DNA of 64,000 bases, taken from an uncultured Candidatus Saccharibacteria bacterium. Lineage in GTDB: Bacteria; Patescibacteriota; Minisyncoccia; Ryanbacterales; GWA2-47-10b. A program made the translations under genes and the position numbers. Shown here piece by piece: positions 38,248 through 48,529 of the stretch. Numbering within the stretch: position 1 is the stretch's first letter; each line of letters starts with the position of its first letter. The stretch spans positions 77,743 to 141,742 of the forward strand of contig CAYHJF010000001.1 in assembly GCA_964356915.1 (NCBI GenBank). Direction: 5' to 3'. Below the pieces are notes generated by a model, which was given only the letters and a program-made list of their open reading frames with translations, searched no databases and was not told where the DNA came from.

Positions 38248-38625
38248 CTAAGACCCTAGACGTGCCTGCCGCTTTGCTACATATATATCTCGCCGTACTC
38301 CAACGAGTTGATAGGTACTTTTTCGAATCGACTCGTCCAAATCATATCCTCGTATGATAATTACAATGATATGTGTTCGTGGGTGGAGCTCTTCGAACCT
38401 TCGCTTCCCGCCCTGCGAACTCTTGATTTGAATGAATATCTTACCAACGTCAGTATAGATAATCGCATCAATACCTTTTCGATCAAGCTCGCGCGAAGCC
38501 CGTTCAACGCCCCTAAACCACTCTGGAGCATCTCGAGGGTGCTCTCGAAATACGGCAAGAAAGCGATTTTCACGCTGTCCGCCACGCTCACGCCCCATAC
38601 TACCAAACGCCTGAGCAACACCCAT
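38248..38625 (-). CDS. hypothetical protein
   Basis: 125-aa ORF, basic, no motif. Confidence 0.3.
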   Translation of the reverse strand: MGVAQAFGSMGRERGGQRENRFLAVFREHPRDAPEWFRGVERASRELDRKGIDAIIYTDVGKIFIQIKSSQGGKRRFEELHPRTHIIVIIIRGYDLDESIRKSTYQLVGVRRDIYVAKRQARLGS

Positions 38626-38718
38626 AGAACACCTCTACGTGCACTCTAAAGAAAGCTCCCTGCACCGTCAACATCGTCATGATATACTATCAATGTCATT
38701 ATTAATAAAAAGAAAAAT

Positions 38719-38910
38719 ATGTTCAACAACAATATTTACAATCTGCTCATGCAAATCACTGAAGAGCATAAAAGTCTCTGGCGTATCAAGAATGAATATA
38801 TGAAAGATGCGAGCAAGGCGAGTGACTGCAAGGTATTTTGGGTAAAGTTAGCGAAAGATAAAGAGACACATATCAAGGAACTTGAGAAATTGATCCGTAA
38901 ACACATGTAA
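38719..38910 (+). CDS. hypothetical small protein
   Basis: 63-aa ORF followed by a strong bidirectional terminator at 38915-38950. Confidence 0.3.
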   Translation: MFNNNIYNLLMQITEEHKSLWRIKNEYMKDASKASDCKVFWVKLAKDKETHIKELEKLIRKHM

Positions 38911-38912
38911 AT

Positions 38913-38950
38913 AAAAATCCCCCTGCCGGAAGCTGGGGGATTTTTATTTA
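38913..38950. terminator. bidirectional intrinsic terminator
   Basis: aaaaatccccctgccggaagctgggggatttttattt. Confidence 0.7.
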
Positions 38951-38955
38951 CATCA

Positions 38956-39402
38956 TTAGAGTAAACTTGATTGTTTCGGATTATCAAGCGCTTCGTTGAC
39001 CATGCGATCGGCAACTTTATTTTGTTCACGCGGAACGTGTTTGAAGATAACGCTCGCGAAATCCATCTTGAGATTCCCTACATCGATAAAAAACTTAAAA
39101 AGCTTTTCGCTCTCCATTTTATATTCACCAGAAAGCTGCTTTACCGCGAGCTGAGAATCCATCCTCATCTCGACATGCATCATGGCACATGCACCTTTGC
39201 CATAGAGTTGTTTGAGTTTCTTAAGCGCGTACACGATCGCGGCATATTCCGCTTCGTTGTTTGTCCGAACACCAAGTGCTTCACCATACGTCTTGACGAC
39301 CACTCCTTTTTCGTCACAAATCGCAACGCCAAGCGCGGCAGGCCCCGGGTTCCCTCGAGAACCCCCATCAGTATAGGTGACTACTTTTTGACTCTTTTCC
39401 AT
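38956..39402 (-). CDS. rnhA: ribonuclease HI
   Basis: VTYTDGGSRGNPGPAALGV... motif; 148 aa. Confidence 0.85.
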   Translation of the reverse strand: MEKSQKVVTYTDGGSRGNPGPAALGVAICDEKGVVVKTYGEALGVRTNNEAEYAAIVYALKKLKQLYGKGACAMMHVEMRMDSQLAVKQLSGEYKMESEKLFKFFIDVGNLKMDFASVIFKHVPREQNKVADRMVNEALDNPKQSSLL

Positions 39403-40235
39403 GGAAATTTTTTATCAGCTGAAAACGCAAACGCTGCCGCGCGCTTATGACCTCCTCCTCCATATTTTTCAGCAATCTTCGATACATCCACCTTTCCATT
39501 TGAACGTAAACTAACAATGATCTTACCACTTCGCTCAGACCACATAATGGCCATGGGTGGCACCCTCTCGATAAGTGCGGCTCCGATTTCGGAGACTAAA
39601 TGAGGAAAATTTGAAGCGAGTACTCGATGCCCCTGAAATGTGACTACCTCTGCAATACCAACGGCCTTTCTGATGATTGTCTCCTGATAACGAAAAATCG
39701 CTGCTCCCTCATCGATAATTTTTCTGCAAGTTTTTGCATTCTCAAGATCGCGCGCAAATTTATTCCATATTGTAAAATCAAAGTCACGCACAGAAAGTGC
39801 CGAGGAAATCTCTCGCGTATGCGACAGCTTCCATTTCCAAATATCAACATCCTCTACGTGTTGCAACAATTTTGGAACTTTCTTTTTTGGAAAAAAATAA
39901 TTCCATGCGATCACCGCACCTGAATGATTGAGTTGATAGCGATGTTCGTGCGCCATCTTGGTCTCCTTTTCAGCGCTAATATGATGATCAAGCGCTACAA
40001 CGAGCTTCGCTTCTTCAACAATCTTTTTCATGATCGGTGGAGGAAAGCTAAAATCAAGAATAAAAACAAACGCGTCTTTAATAATTGACGGTGGTACTGC
40101 ATTGTCTCGTGCCATAGCAATATAAGTCGCCTTTGCACCAAACTTTTTATACGCCGCCCATGCTGCACCAAATCCATCGGGGCAACCCTTGTGATATAAA
40201 ATAACTATATTATTTTTCTTTTCTTTCTTTTTCAT
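39381..40235 (-). CDS. DHH-family phosphoesterase (NrnA-like)
   Basis: DHH motif (VALDHHISAEK) and DHHA1 GGGH motif (GGGHKRAAAF). Confidence 0.75.
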   Translation of the reverse strand: MKKKEKKNNIVILYHKGCPDGFGAAWAAYKKFGAKATYIAMARDNAVPPSIIKDAFVFILDFSFPPPIMKKIVEEAKLVVALDHHISAEKETKMAHEHRYQLNHSGAVIAWNYFFPKKKVPKLLQHVEDVDIWKWKLSHTREISSALSVRDFDFTIWNKFARDLENAKTCRKIIDEGAAIFRYQETIIRKAVGIAEVVTFQGHRVLASNFPHLVSEIGAALIERVPPMAIMWSERSGKIIVSLRSNGKVDVSKIAEKYGGGGHKRAAAFAFSADKKFPWKRVKK

Positions 40236-41026
40236 GATAGATACTTCGCATTTCTCAACCAGTAATTATTTTCCCACTCCCACAATGTCTTTGCGGCATT
40301 GAATGCCTTAATATCATAGTAAAAATAGGGGAACTCGCGAAGTTCTATATCTCCAATAACAGGACCCCACGTATGCTCATTTTCTTTGCAATAATTTTCT
40401 GGCTTACCCGTACCGCTCCGAATCTTAACTCGTCCGCCTTTATCACGCCGCTTCGCAATACACTCTGTGCACTGTTGGTACTGATCGATGCGCAAAATCC
40501 AGCGCGTCTCAATGGGGCGTGGAAGTCCTAGCGCATCACGTACGCGTGGTTCTGTAAGCGCTTGCACATATGCTGCGGTCTGAAGATTGTATTCAGGATA
40601 AAACCCGATCGAAGTCTTGATATCAAGCACGCCAAATTTTCCATCAATTTCAGCAAGTGCGTCTACCGTACCCGCATACCGATGAATACCTGACCATACC
40701 TGCTTTTCAATATATTCAGGATGGAAATGAATGCCTCGCATCTCGTAATACTCACGAAATGCCTCTGCCGCTGGCCTCACCTCTTCGGGCACCTCTACAT
40801 CATTACCAACTGCGAGAGACTGCACTACTTCATGCACGAGTGAACCATGTTCTGCAGATTTATTTTTTACTGCTTCAGCCGCCTCAAAACTCCCCATTTC
40901 GATAAAGAAACCTTGGAGTCCTGGTTTTGATTTTACTTCAAGAATACGCGTTACTCGTGGATACCACACTCCATCGATAATATATCCGTTTTGATCTTGA
41001 AAGTCTTTCGCGTCAGCGTAGCGCAT
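40232..41026 (-). CDS. PD-(D/E)xK nuclease family protein (Cas4/RecB-like fold)
   Basis: GTVDAL...VLDIKTS (D...D-x-K) followed by QTAAY (QxxxY); C-terminal C-x2-C...C cluster. Confidence 0.5.
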   Translation of the reverse strand: MRYADAKDFQDQNGYIIDGVWYPRVTRILEVKSKPGLQGFFIEMGSFEAAEAVKNKSAEHGSLVHEVVQSLAVGNDVEVPEEVRPAAEAFREYYEMRGIHFHPEYIEKQVWSGIHRYAGTVDALAEIDGKFGVLDIKTSIGFYPEYNLQTAAYVQALTEPRVRDALGLPRPIETRWILRIDQYQQCTECIAKRRDKGGRVKIRSGTGKPENYCKENEHTWGPVIGDIELREFPYFYYDIKAFNAAKTLWEWENNYWLRNAKYLS

Positions 41027-41665
41027 TTATTTTGTAAACTTGAATGTCTCTAAAATCTCTTCGAGTTTGGGTAAGTGTTCATAATTTGAACTCGAGTATT
41101 GTATTTTTAATCCTTTCTCGGGGATAGATATGATGCGATACGTCCCTGCTTCGTCTCCTTGCTCTTGTCTAGTTGCCCTAGAACCATGAAAGGTAAATAT
41201 TTTTGGCTCAGAAGGGGGGCCACCGTAACCACAACTTTCACAATGAGGTCCTGACATTTCCTGATTAATACGGAGTAACTCTTCCCTTATAAATTCTTCC
41301 ACCGTACTTTTTTTAATCTTCCCAATATAAACTAAATCATTATCTTTATTGATTGCAGCGATTTCATAACCATCACGAAAAGAAAATGCTACTGGATACC
41401 TAAACTCAAACCCATACTCCTCATTTCGATACGTTTTCCAATTCGATGTATCTATACCACTTTCGATCGTTGAACTTGCCATCTTTGGCTTTACGGGTAC
41501 ATTTACTTGCTGAATATCAGACTCTATTTGATGGAGTTCTTCTTCAAGTAAGAACTGCTGAGCTACATACCAAACACTTCCTACAATGATAAATAACACG
41601 AGACCGCCCCAGAGTAGGAGACGGTGAGGATGAATTTCGGGCTGGGATTCAAGTGAGCCGAGCAT
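41027..41665 (-). CDS. hypothetical TM-anchored extracytoplasmic protein
   Basis: 212 aa; N-terminal TM LLLWGGLVLFIIVGSVWYV. Confidence 0.4.
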   Translation of the reverse strand: MLGSLESQPEIHPHRLLLWGGLVLFIIVGSVWYVAQQFLLEEELHQIESDIQQVNVPVKPKMASSTIESGIDTSNWKTYRNEEYGFEFRYPVAFSFRDGYEIAAINKDNDLVYIGKIKKSTVEEFIREELLRINQEMSGPHCESCGYGGPPSEPKIFTFHGSRATRQEQGDEAGTYRIISIPEKGLKIQYSSSNYEHLPKLEEILETFKFTK

Positions 41666-41689
41666 TGCTCTAGTGTAGCATGCTCTGTG

Positions 41690-42826
41690 CTATTTTTTGA
41701 GTACTTCTATCCCTGGGAGTGAGCCGTCTGCAAGAAAATCAAGCATCGCCCCTCCTCCAGTTGAAACATGATAAAACTTTTTATGTAATTTCATATGATC
41801 AAGAACTGAGAGCGTATCGCCACCTCCCAAAATTACTTTTGTCTTTAATCTAGAGAGCCCCTTGAGCAAGTCTTCCGTACTTTTTGAATACCCTTTTTCT
41901 AGATACCCAAGTGGCCCATTCCAAACAATCAGACGTGTCAATCGAGCAAGATCGATGAGCCCTTTTACAGTCTCGGGACCAATATCATAAATACTCTCTT
42001 TCGGTCGAATCTTTGTGATATCTTTTCCCTTTGCACCCTTATTAACCCGAGCGTCAAGCGGAAAAAATATTTTCTTTGAAGTAAAAAAATCTTCTTTAAT
42101 TTTTGATACCGCTTCTTCATCGTGAACCGACTTACCGATTTCTAATCCATGAGCTCTTAGAAATGTATTCGCAAGCGCTCCTCCGATAAAAATCGCATCT
42201 GCTTTCGGCATAAATACTTTCATGAGCGCAAATTTTGTCTCGAATTTTACTCCGCCGACAATCAGTAAAAATGGATGCGCGGGGCTAAGTGCCTCTGACA
42301 AACGCCTAACTTCGCGCTCACAAAGAGGCCCCATATAACTTGGAAGGTATTTTGTAATACCAACAATAGATGCATGCTCACGATGAGAAACGCTAAAGGC
42401 TTCGTTTACGTAAAAATCACCGAAAGAAGCGAGAGTCCTAGCAAATACCGGATTATTATCAGTCTCTCCTTTAGCAAAACGAATATTTTCGAGTAAAACA
42501 ATTTTTGCACCAGAACTCAATCCTACATCAACCGCACTCTTTGAATATTCTTTTACAAAAGAAATCTTTGAGTGAATTAATCGTTCGAGCTGTCCCACGA
42601 TCGGCCCAAATGAAAGCTGCTTTTTTGTTACGCTATCTTCAATATGCGCCAACAGTATAATGCGCGCGCCACGTTTTAAAAGCATAGATAACGTTGGCAA
42701 TGTCTCATGAATCCGAAAACTATCCTGCAACTTACCCCCTTTTATTGGTTCGTTAAAATCAACGCGAACAACAGCGGTTTTACCTTTGAGATTTTTTGGT
42801 ATTACTAAGAAAGATTTTTTGCGCAT
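41690..42826 (-). CDS. pgk: phosphoglycerate kinase
   Basis: N-terminus VRVDFNEP, hinge and C-terminal GGGA(M)LDFL motifs; 378 aa. Confidence 0.9.
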   Translation of the reverse strand: MRKKSFLVIPKNLKGKTAVVRVDFNEPIKGGKLQDSFRIHETLPTLSMLLKRGARIILLAHIEDSVTKKQLSFGPIVGQLERLIHSKISFVKEYSKSAVDVGLSSGAKIVLLENIRFAKGETDNNPVFARTLASFGDFYVNEAFSVSHREHASIVGITKYLPSYMGPLCEREVRRLSEALSPAHPFLLIVGGVKFETKFALMKVFMPKADAIFIGGALANTFLRAHGLEIGKSVHDEEAVSKIKEDFFTSKKIFFPLDARVNKGAKGKDITKIRPKESIYDIGPETVKGLIDLARLTRLIVWNGPLGYLEKGYSKSTEDLLKGLSRLKTKVILGGGDTLSVLDHMKLHKKFYHVSTGGGAMLDFLADGSLPGIEVLKK

Positions 42827-43563
42827 GCGATGATATCAAAAAAGTATTTTACTTCGCGCGACTGACGCCCAACTAAAAGACCTGCAATCTCACGCTCCTC
42901 AAGAAATTGACGTGCGTTTTTACCATCCACCGATCCTCCGTAGAGCACGCGCACTTTACGCGCAGTTTTTATGTCGTACCGATCAGCGATAATCTTTTTA
43001 ATAAAAAGTGCCATTTCATTAGCATCTTTGGGTTGGGCTGGTTTTTTCGCACCAATCGCCCAGACAGGCTCATAAGCAATGGTTACCAAACCCACTTGAT
43101 CTCGTTTAACTTTATCGAGAGCCCTCTCAACCTGCTCACGCACTACATTGAAAAATAAACCGTCATGATCACGATGTTTTTCTCCCACGCAGACAATCGG
43201 ATGCAACTTTAATGCAATTGTCGCACGAAGCTTCTTGTTTACTGTTTCATTTGTCTCACCAAAATATTCTCGTCGCTCTGAATGACCAAGAATGACATGA
43301 GAAACTCCGAAACTCTTAAGCATCCCTCCCGAGACCGCACCTGTAAATGCTCCTTCTCCTTCAAAATACATATCCTGCGCACCAAGAAATGCTTTCTTGA
43401 AAGCTCGAAACGTGCTCAGAAATGGAAATGGTGGCGCTATAACAACTTCCGTATTTTTTGGTAACGTATTTTTTTTAAATGAACCCACGAAAGACTCTAC
43501 TTCTCGCAGCGTACGAGGGTACATCTTCCAATTACCAACAATGAGAATTTTCTTAACTGCCAT
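42805..43563 (-). CDS. tpiA: triosephosphate isomerase
   Basis: IAYEPVWAIG and GNWKM motifs. Confidence 0.9.
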   Translation of the reverse strand: MAVKKILIVGNWKMYPRTLREVESFVGSFKKNTLPKNTEVVIAPPFPFLSTFRAFKKAFLGAQDMYFEGEGAFTGAVSGGMLKSFGVSHVILGHSERREYFGETNETVNKKLRATIALKLHPIVCVGEKHRDHDGLFFNVVREQVERALDKVKRDQVGLVTIAYEPVWAIGAKKPAQPKDANEMALFIKKIIADRYDIKTARKVRVLYGGSVDGKNARQFLEEREIAGLLVGRQSREVKYFFDIIACAKNLS

Positions 43564-43566
43564 AGG

Positions 43567-44655
43567 TTACATCTTTCTTAAATATGCCGCGGCTTCTTCG
43601 GGAGCAATCGCGACTACCTCGACCCCTGTACCAAGCTCGACGCCCGCAAAATGCGAAGTTTTTGGATAAATTTCCAAATGCCAGTGATAAAAATCATAGT
43701 CACCATTTTTGCTAATTGGAGCGGTATGAACAAAAAAATTGTATGCCGGTTTTTTTAGTGCTTTCTTTAATTTCTTAAGTGCGGTGGTCAAAGCATCGGC
43801 CAAAGAAAGGCGTTCGGCTGGGGTAATATTTTCAAAACGTGCGTCGTGGCGTAATGGAGTGATTCGTATCTCAAATGCGAGTCGAGATGCGTACGGAGCG
43901 ATAACCAAAAAATCTTTGTTTTTATATATAACTCTGTCTTTTTGTTGGAGCTCCCATTTATTCATCTCACAGTGGACGCATTTTTTATGCTCATGATGAT
44001 AGAGCTTCGCTCCTGAAATGGATCGTTGAACGTTGGGCGGTACAATCGGTAACGCAATAATTTGTGAGTGAGGATGCCATACTGACGCTCCCGCACGTGA
44101 ACCATGATTATGAAAAATAAAAATATATTCGAGACATGCTTCGTTACGATGATATAAAACACGATCTTGATATGCCTGAATCACGCGCTCTGCTTCACGC
44201 GCCGTCATATCCCACAAAAATTTTGAATGCGCGCGTGGAATAACAATCTCATGAAATCCTACGCCTGCCATGTGTTTATAAAGGCCGTATGGAAATGGAG
44301 ATGGACATGTCCGCCCGACATGCTTCATGACAGCTGGAAATTTATTGGGGATTACCTGAAGCATCCAATCTTTTTTCGAGATAGCGCGATCTTCTTTGCC
44401 ACGTTTTGAGTACCATGTGAGTGGATCTACTTGATTGCTCACTTGCGGATCTTCAAAAGGGCAGTTTTTGAGCGCGGTTGGCTTATCATCAACAGATTTT
44501 GCGAATTGCTGAGGACGACGTCTACGGCCAGGTGCAATAAGTACCCATTCATTACTAACAACATTTTGACGTAATTCCGGTTGATCGCTCATGATTGGCG
44601 TGAACGCGTATACACTCCCGTGATAAGCCACCACCGCACCTTCACCGTCTCCCAC
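43567..44655 (-). CDS. galT: galactose-1-phosphate uridylyltransferase-like (HIT superfamily)
   Basis: CxxC plus H...H zinc site and HPHSQI active-site motif; 362 aa. Confidence 0.7.
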   Translation of the reverse strand: MGDGEGAVVAYHGSVYAFTPIMSDQPELRQNVVSNEWVLIAPGRRRRPQQFAKSVDDKPTALKNCPFEDPQVSNQVDPLTWYSKRGKEDRAISKKDWMLQVIPNKFPAVMKHVGRTCPSPFPYGLYKHMAGVGFHEIVIPRAHSKFLWDMTAREAERVIQAYQDRVLYHRNEACLEYIFIFHNHGSRAGASVWHPHSQIIALPIVPPNVQRSISGAKLYHHEHKKCVHCEMNKWELQQKDRVIYKNKDFLVIAPYASRLAFEIRITPLRHDARFENITPAERLSLADALTTALKKLKKALKKPAYNFFVHTAPISKNGDYDFYHWHLEIYPKTSHFAGVELGTGVEVVAIAPEEAAAYLRKM

Positions 44656-45335
44656 AACACTTGGATGTATCCTGAAAGTTTCACATGGCTCGCCGCATCA
44701 TTCACCCAATAGGCAGGTATAATACCGAGCCGAAAGCGAAAGTGTCGCGCGAGTGCAAGCATCTCAATATCAAAACCCCAACGATTAATACGGGATACCT
44801 TAAATATCCTTTGAGCTACTGCCGCAGTACACGCCTTAAATCCACATTGAGTATCCCAAATACCTCGTACCGCAACGATCTGAATAAACAGATTGCCCAT
44901 ATTACCCAAAAATCTCTTATGCCATACTTGCGGGATTGCCTGCTTAGCACCCTTTGCATCTTTTTCATCGCGAGAGCATATGACAACATCGTACCCTGCA
45001 TCAAAAAGTACGGACATTTTATCGTAGTGGCTAATATCAGTTGAGTTGTCAGCATCAGTAAAAAGACGTATATCTCCCGTCGCCTTCAGCATACCTTCAC
45101 GGACTGTATAGCCCTTGCCACGATTTTCTTTGCGATCAATAAAATAAAAACCCGTTTTACCCTTTAACCACTCATTTACCACATTTGAGGTACCATCTTT
45201 TGACCCATCGCTCACCAATAATACTTCCCACGTGAAATGCTGTTTTTGTAAATATGCCGAAACGGCTTCGAGTGTTTTTTTAATTCGCTTTTCTTCGTTG
45301 TAACACGGAATGATAACGGAAAGTTTCGGATTCAT
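44589..45335 (-). CDS. family 2 glycosyltransferase (Dpm1/GtrB-like)
   Basis: LSVIIPCYNEE..., DGSKDGT and DAD motifs; start trimmed to MNPKLSV... Confidence 0.75.
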   Translation of the reverse strand: MNPKLSVIIPCYNEEKRIKKTLEAVSAYLQKQHFTWEVLLVSDGSKDGTSNVVNEWLKGKTGFYFIDRKENRGKGYTVREGMLKATGDIRLFTDADNSTDISHYDKMSVLFDAGYDVVICSRDEKDAKGAKQAIPQVWHKRFLGNMGNLFIQIVAVRGIWDTQCGFKACTAAVAQRIFKVSRINRWGFDIEMLALARHFRFRLGIIPAYWVNDAASHVKLSGYIQVLWETVKVRWWLITGVYTRSRQS

Positions 45336-45339
45336 ATCG

Positions 45340-45744
45340 TTATCGTAGCATATTCTTTTTACGATCCAAAAAACTCTGAAGGACGATGGCTGCGGCGGAA
45401 GCATCGATCTTATTTGAGCCTCCGCTGCGCCATGCTTCTTTTGAAGATAACAGCTCTGGCTCATACTCAAATTCAATACCTGCACCCTTAAGTTGCTCTC
45501 CGAACTCACGCACATGCTTTGTCATATCTGTCTCTTGCCCGCCAAAACCAAGCGGTAGCCCAAGAACCACAAGCTCAACTGATTCTCGCGCGCAAATAGC
45601 CGTAATCATCTCAAGAGTATCTTCATCTTGTGCTATTACTGAATTCGGAAACGCGAGCGTCTTTCCTTCATCAGAGAGGGCAAGCCCAACTCGTTTCGTA
45701 CCAAAATCAATTCCTAATAGTCGAGATTTATTCTTAAAGTCCAT
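45340..45744 (-). CDS. ruvX: Holliday junction resolvase-like RuvX/YqgF
   Basis: LLGIDFGTKRVGLALSD N-terminal motif; 134 aa. Confidence 0.85.
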   Translation of the reverse strand: MDFKNKSRLLGIDFGTKRVGLALSDEGKTLAFPNSVIAQDEDTLEMITAICARESVELVVLGLPLGFGGQETDMTKHVREFGEQLKGAGIEFEYEPELLSSKEAWRSGGSNKIDASAAAIVLQSFLDRKKNMLR

Positions 45745-45748
45745 CCCC

Positions 45749-46504
45749 TTACGTCATTATCTGAGGCCCTTGAGCTGTAAGTAAGATAGTATGTTCAAAA
45801 TGAGCCGCTGATTTACCATCTGCCGTAAGCCACACCCAGCCAGTTTTATCTGTTTTTAATTTTCGAGACCCGAGTACTACCATAGGCTCAAGTGCGAGCA
45901 CCATACCCTCCACAAGACGCCCACCCACTCCTCGCGTACCCCAGTTTGGCACTTCGGGATCTTCATGTACCGCATCTCCTACGCCATGGCCAACAAGCTC
46001 ACGAACCACCGCATATCCCTTACCCTCAACAAAAGATTGTATAGCCGCACCAATATCTCCTATACACCCACCCACACGCGCTTCTTGAATACCAATATCG
46101 AGGGCTTGGCGCGTTACTTTAATCAGGTCAGCACTTTCCTCTGAGACACTCCCAACAGGCACTGTAATCGCCGTATCAGTAAAAATACCTTGATACTGCA
46201 TGCCGATATCAAGTCCTACGATATCACCTTCCTCGAGTACTCGTTCCCCTGGAATACCGTGTACGATCTCGTCATTCACAGAAACGCACAATGATGCTGG
46301 ATATGCCATGGCCGTACCGCGCGTGCGATACTTTTTAAACGATGGCACCCCTCCCAACTCTCGAATAAGTCTCTCTGCAACTTGATCAAGTTCAATTGTC
46401 TTAAGCCCTGGACGCACCATGTCCGCGACTCGATAAAGAATATCATGGAGTTTTTTACCCCCTTCACGTAACGAAGTCTCCTGATCTGCATGTGAGATAA
46501 TCAT
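45749..46504 (-). CDS. map: methionine aminopeptidase type I
   Basis: Metal-ligand motifs (DIVGLDIG, HGVGDAVHE); 251 aa. Confidence 0.9.
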   Translation of the reverse strand: MIISHADQETSLREGGKKLHDILYRVADMVRPGLKTIELDQVAERLIRELGGVPSFKKYRTRGTAMAYPASLCVSVNDEIVHGIPGERVLEEGDIVGLDIGMQYQGIFTDTAITVPVGSVSEESADLIKVTRQALDIGIQEARVGGCIGDIGAAIQSFVEGKGYAVVRELVGHGVGDAVHEDPEVPNWGTRGVGGRLVEGMVLALEPMVVLGSRKLKTDKTGWVWLTADGKSAAHFEHTILLTAQGPQIMT

Positions 46505-47211
46505 TCGAGTACTTTTTTTAACGTACTATCAATATCTGTAGCAATAACTTCTGGAGAACGCTCACCACTCACTTCAAAAATAGGAAGCCCGAGTGCAACA
46601 AAAAATGCGAGAATACTTTCAGCTGAATGCTTGTAAACATAAAGACGCTCTTCCATCGCCTTTTCATTATCAAGTGTTCTCACTTTTAATTCGCCGCCGC
46701 AAATCGTGCAGTACGCAAGTGCCTTTGTTTCTTCCGACCATGGAAATGGTGTTCCACAACTTTTGCATACCCTTCGATGTGTATTACGAAATATAGACGT
46801 CTCGTCAGACACGGCCAAGTGCACTACATATACGTGACCTTGCCCATACATCTGAAGTAAGATTGGCATCATAAACTCTGCTTCCTCACGAGTACGTGGC
46901 GAACCTGAAAAAATAATTCCCTTGCCTGTTGCGGCAATTCGCTCAATACCATCTTTTACAACGCTCTTGACCCACTCTGACGAACAAAGTTCTCCTGCCT
47001 CAAATTTGAGACGCTCAATTTGGATGACTGGATCTTCCTTATTTTTATCGGCATAAAGAACCTCCTCAAGAACGCGTCCTGTATTGAAGTGCCAGAAACC
47101 ATCGAAGCGTTTAACAACTTCGTTGGCCTGTGTACCCTTACCCGATCCAGGAGGGCCAATAAAAATAATCGCGGAGGATTGTGTCATATCGTCATGGTAG
47201 TATAGGGACAC
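46501..47211 (-). CDS. adk: adenylate kinase with Zn-binding lid
   Basis: GPPGSGKGTQ P-loop; CKSCG...CTICGG lid. Confidence 0.9.
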   Translation of the reverse strand: MSLYYHDDMTQSSAIIFIGPPGSGKGTQANEVVKRFDGFWHFNTGRVLEEVLYADKNKEDPVIQIERLKFEAGELCSSEWVKSVVKDGIERIAATGKGIIFSGSPRTREEAEFMMPILLQMYGQGHVYVVHLAVSDETSIFRNTHRRVCKSCGTPFPWSEETKALAYCTICGGELKVRTLDNEKAMEERLYVYKHSAESILAFFVALGLPIFEVSGERSPEVIATDIDSTLKKVLE

Positions 47212-47251
47212 TAAAACTCAAAGCCCTCGCTTCATGCGAGGGCTTTTTAGT

Positions 47252-48529
47252 CTAATCGTATTCGCGGAGCGTCATCTGCGCCCGTATCTGTTTCACCGTC
47301 TCAATAATTACCGAAACAACGATGAGAAGTGCAGTACCCCCAATTGAGAGTGTCCCACCACCAACTATATTTTGAATGATAAGTGGAAGAATCGCGATCG
47401 CCCCAAGAAAGAATGCTCCGAAAAAAGTAATACGCGTAATAAGTTTTGAAAGATATTCTGACGTAGACGGTCCTGGACGAATCCCCGGAATAAACCCTCC
47501 CTGCTTCTGCAGGTTTGATGAAATCGCCTCGGGATCAAACGTCACTGCCGTATAAAAATATGTAAAGAGAAATACAAAACTAAAATAGAGTGACCCGTAA
47601 AGCCATTGATGATTAATAAATCCTGCGAGCGCACTGCCAATCCGCGCGATCGTTGCATTTGCGGAATTCGCCATGAAACTACCGATCATTGTTGGCATAA
47701 GAAGAATTGAGATAGCAAAGATGATTGGGATTACTCCTGCCTGATTAACTCGAAGAGGGAGATAGGTAGAAACACCTCCGTACATTTTCATACCACGCAC
47801 GCGGCGTGCGTAAGAAATCGGAATCGGTCGCTCAGCTTCCGTAATAATTACGACTCCCGCAATCACAATAGGAGCAATCACTAAGAATGCGAGCGTACTT
47901 TGAAGAACGGCTGGATCAAATCCGGCGCCTGGGCGTAATTGCTGCCAAAGCTGGATAGCAGAGCGTGGAATACCTGAGATAATACCTGCAAAAATAATGA
48001 GAGAAACTCCATTTCCAATACCATACTCTGAAATCAACTCTCCCATCCACATAAGAAATACTGACCCTGCGGCAGTAATAACAAGAGTTTGAAAAAGTTC
48101 AAATCCTCCAAGCTGAGGAATAATGCCCTGTTGGGTGAGTAGTGCCAAAATTCCATATCCCTGCATAAATGCGAGGGGGACAGTAAGCCACCGTGAATAT
48201 TGATTAAACTTACGTCGCCCTGCTTCTCCTGACTCTTGATAGATTTCTTTGAGAGACGGAAAGATCATCGTCAAAAGCTGCATAATGATAGAGGCTGTAA
48301 TGAATGGTCCAACACCAAGCATCACAATTGAAACATTTTCCAGCGCACCTCCTGAAAAAATATTGAGCAACCCAAAAATATTATCACCCAAAAAACGCCC
48401 AAGAGTACTTGGGTCAACTGCCGGAATCGGGATTGCAGCAAAGAGACGGAAAAGAGCGAGAAATCCTAACGACCAGATAATTTTTGCTCGAATGTCCTTA
48501 TCCTTAAAAACAGCGAGAAATGCGTTCAT
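47252..48529 (-). CDS. secY: preprotein translocase subunit SecY
   Basis: 425 aa, 10 TM, SecY signature regions; position after rplO. Confidence 0.92.
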   Translation of the reverse strand: MNAFLAVFKDKDIRAKIIWSLGFLALFRLFAAIPIPAVDPSTLGRFLGDNIFGLLNIFSGGALENVSIVMLGVGPFITASIIMQLLTMIFPSLKEIYQESGEAGRRKFNQYSRWLTVPLAFMQGYGILALLTQQGIIPQLGGFELFQTLVITAAGSVFLMWMGELISEYGIGNGVSLIIFAGIISGIPRSAIQLWQQLRPGAGFDPAVLQSTLAFLVIAPIVIAGVVIITEAERPIPISYARRVRGMKMYGGVSTYLPLRVNQAGVIPIIFAISILLMPTMIGSFMANSANATIARIGSALAGFINHQWLYGSLYFSFVFLFTYFYTAVTFDPEAISSNLQKQGGFIPGIRPGPSTSEYLSKLITRITFFGAFFLGAIAILPLIIQNIVGGGTLSIGGTALLIVVSVIIETVKQIRAQMTLREYD

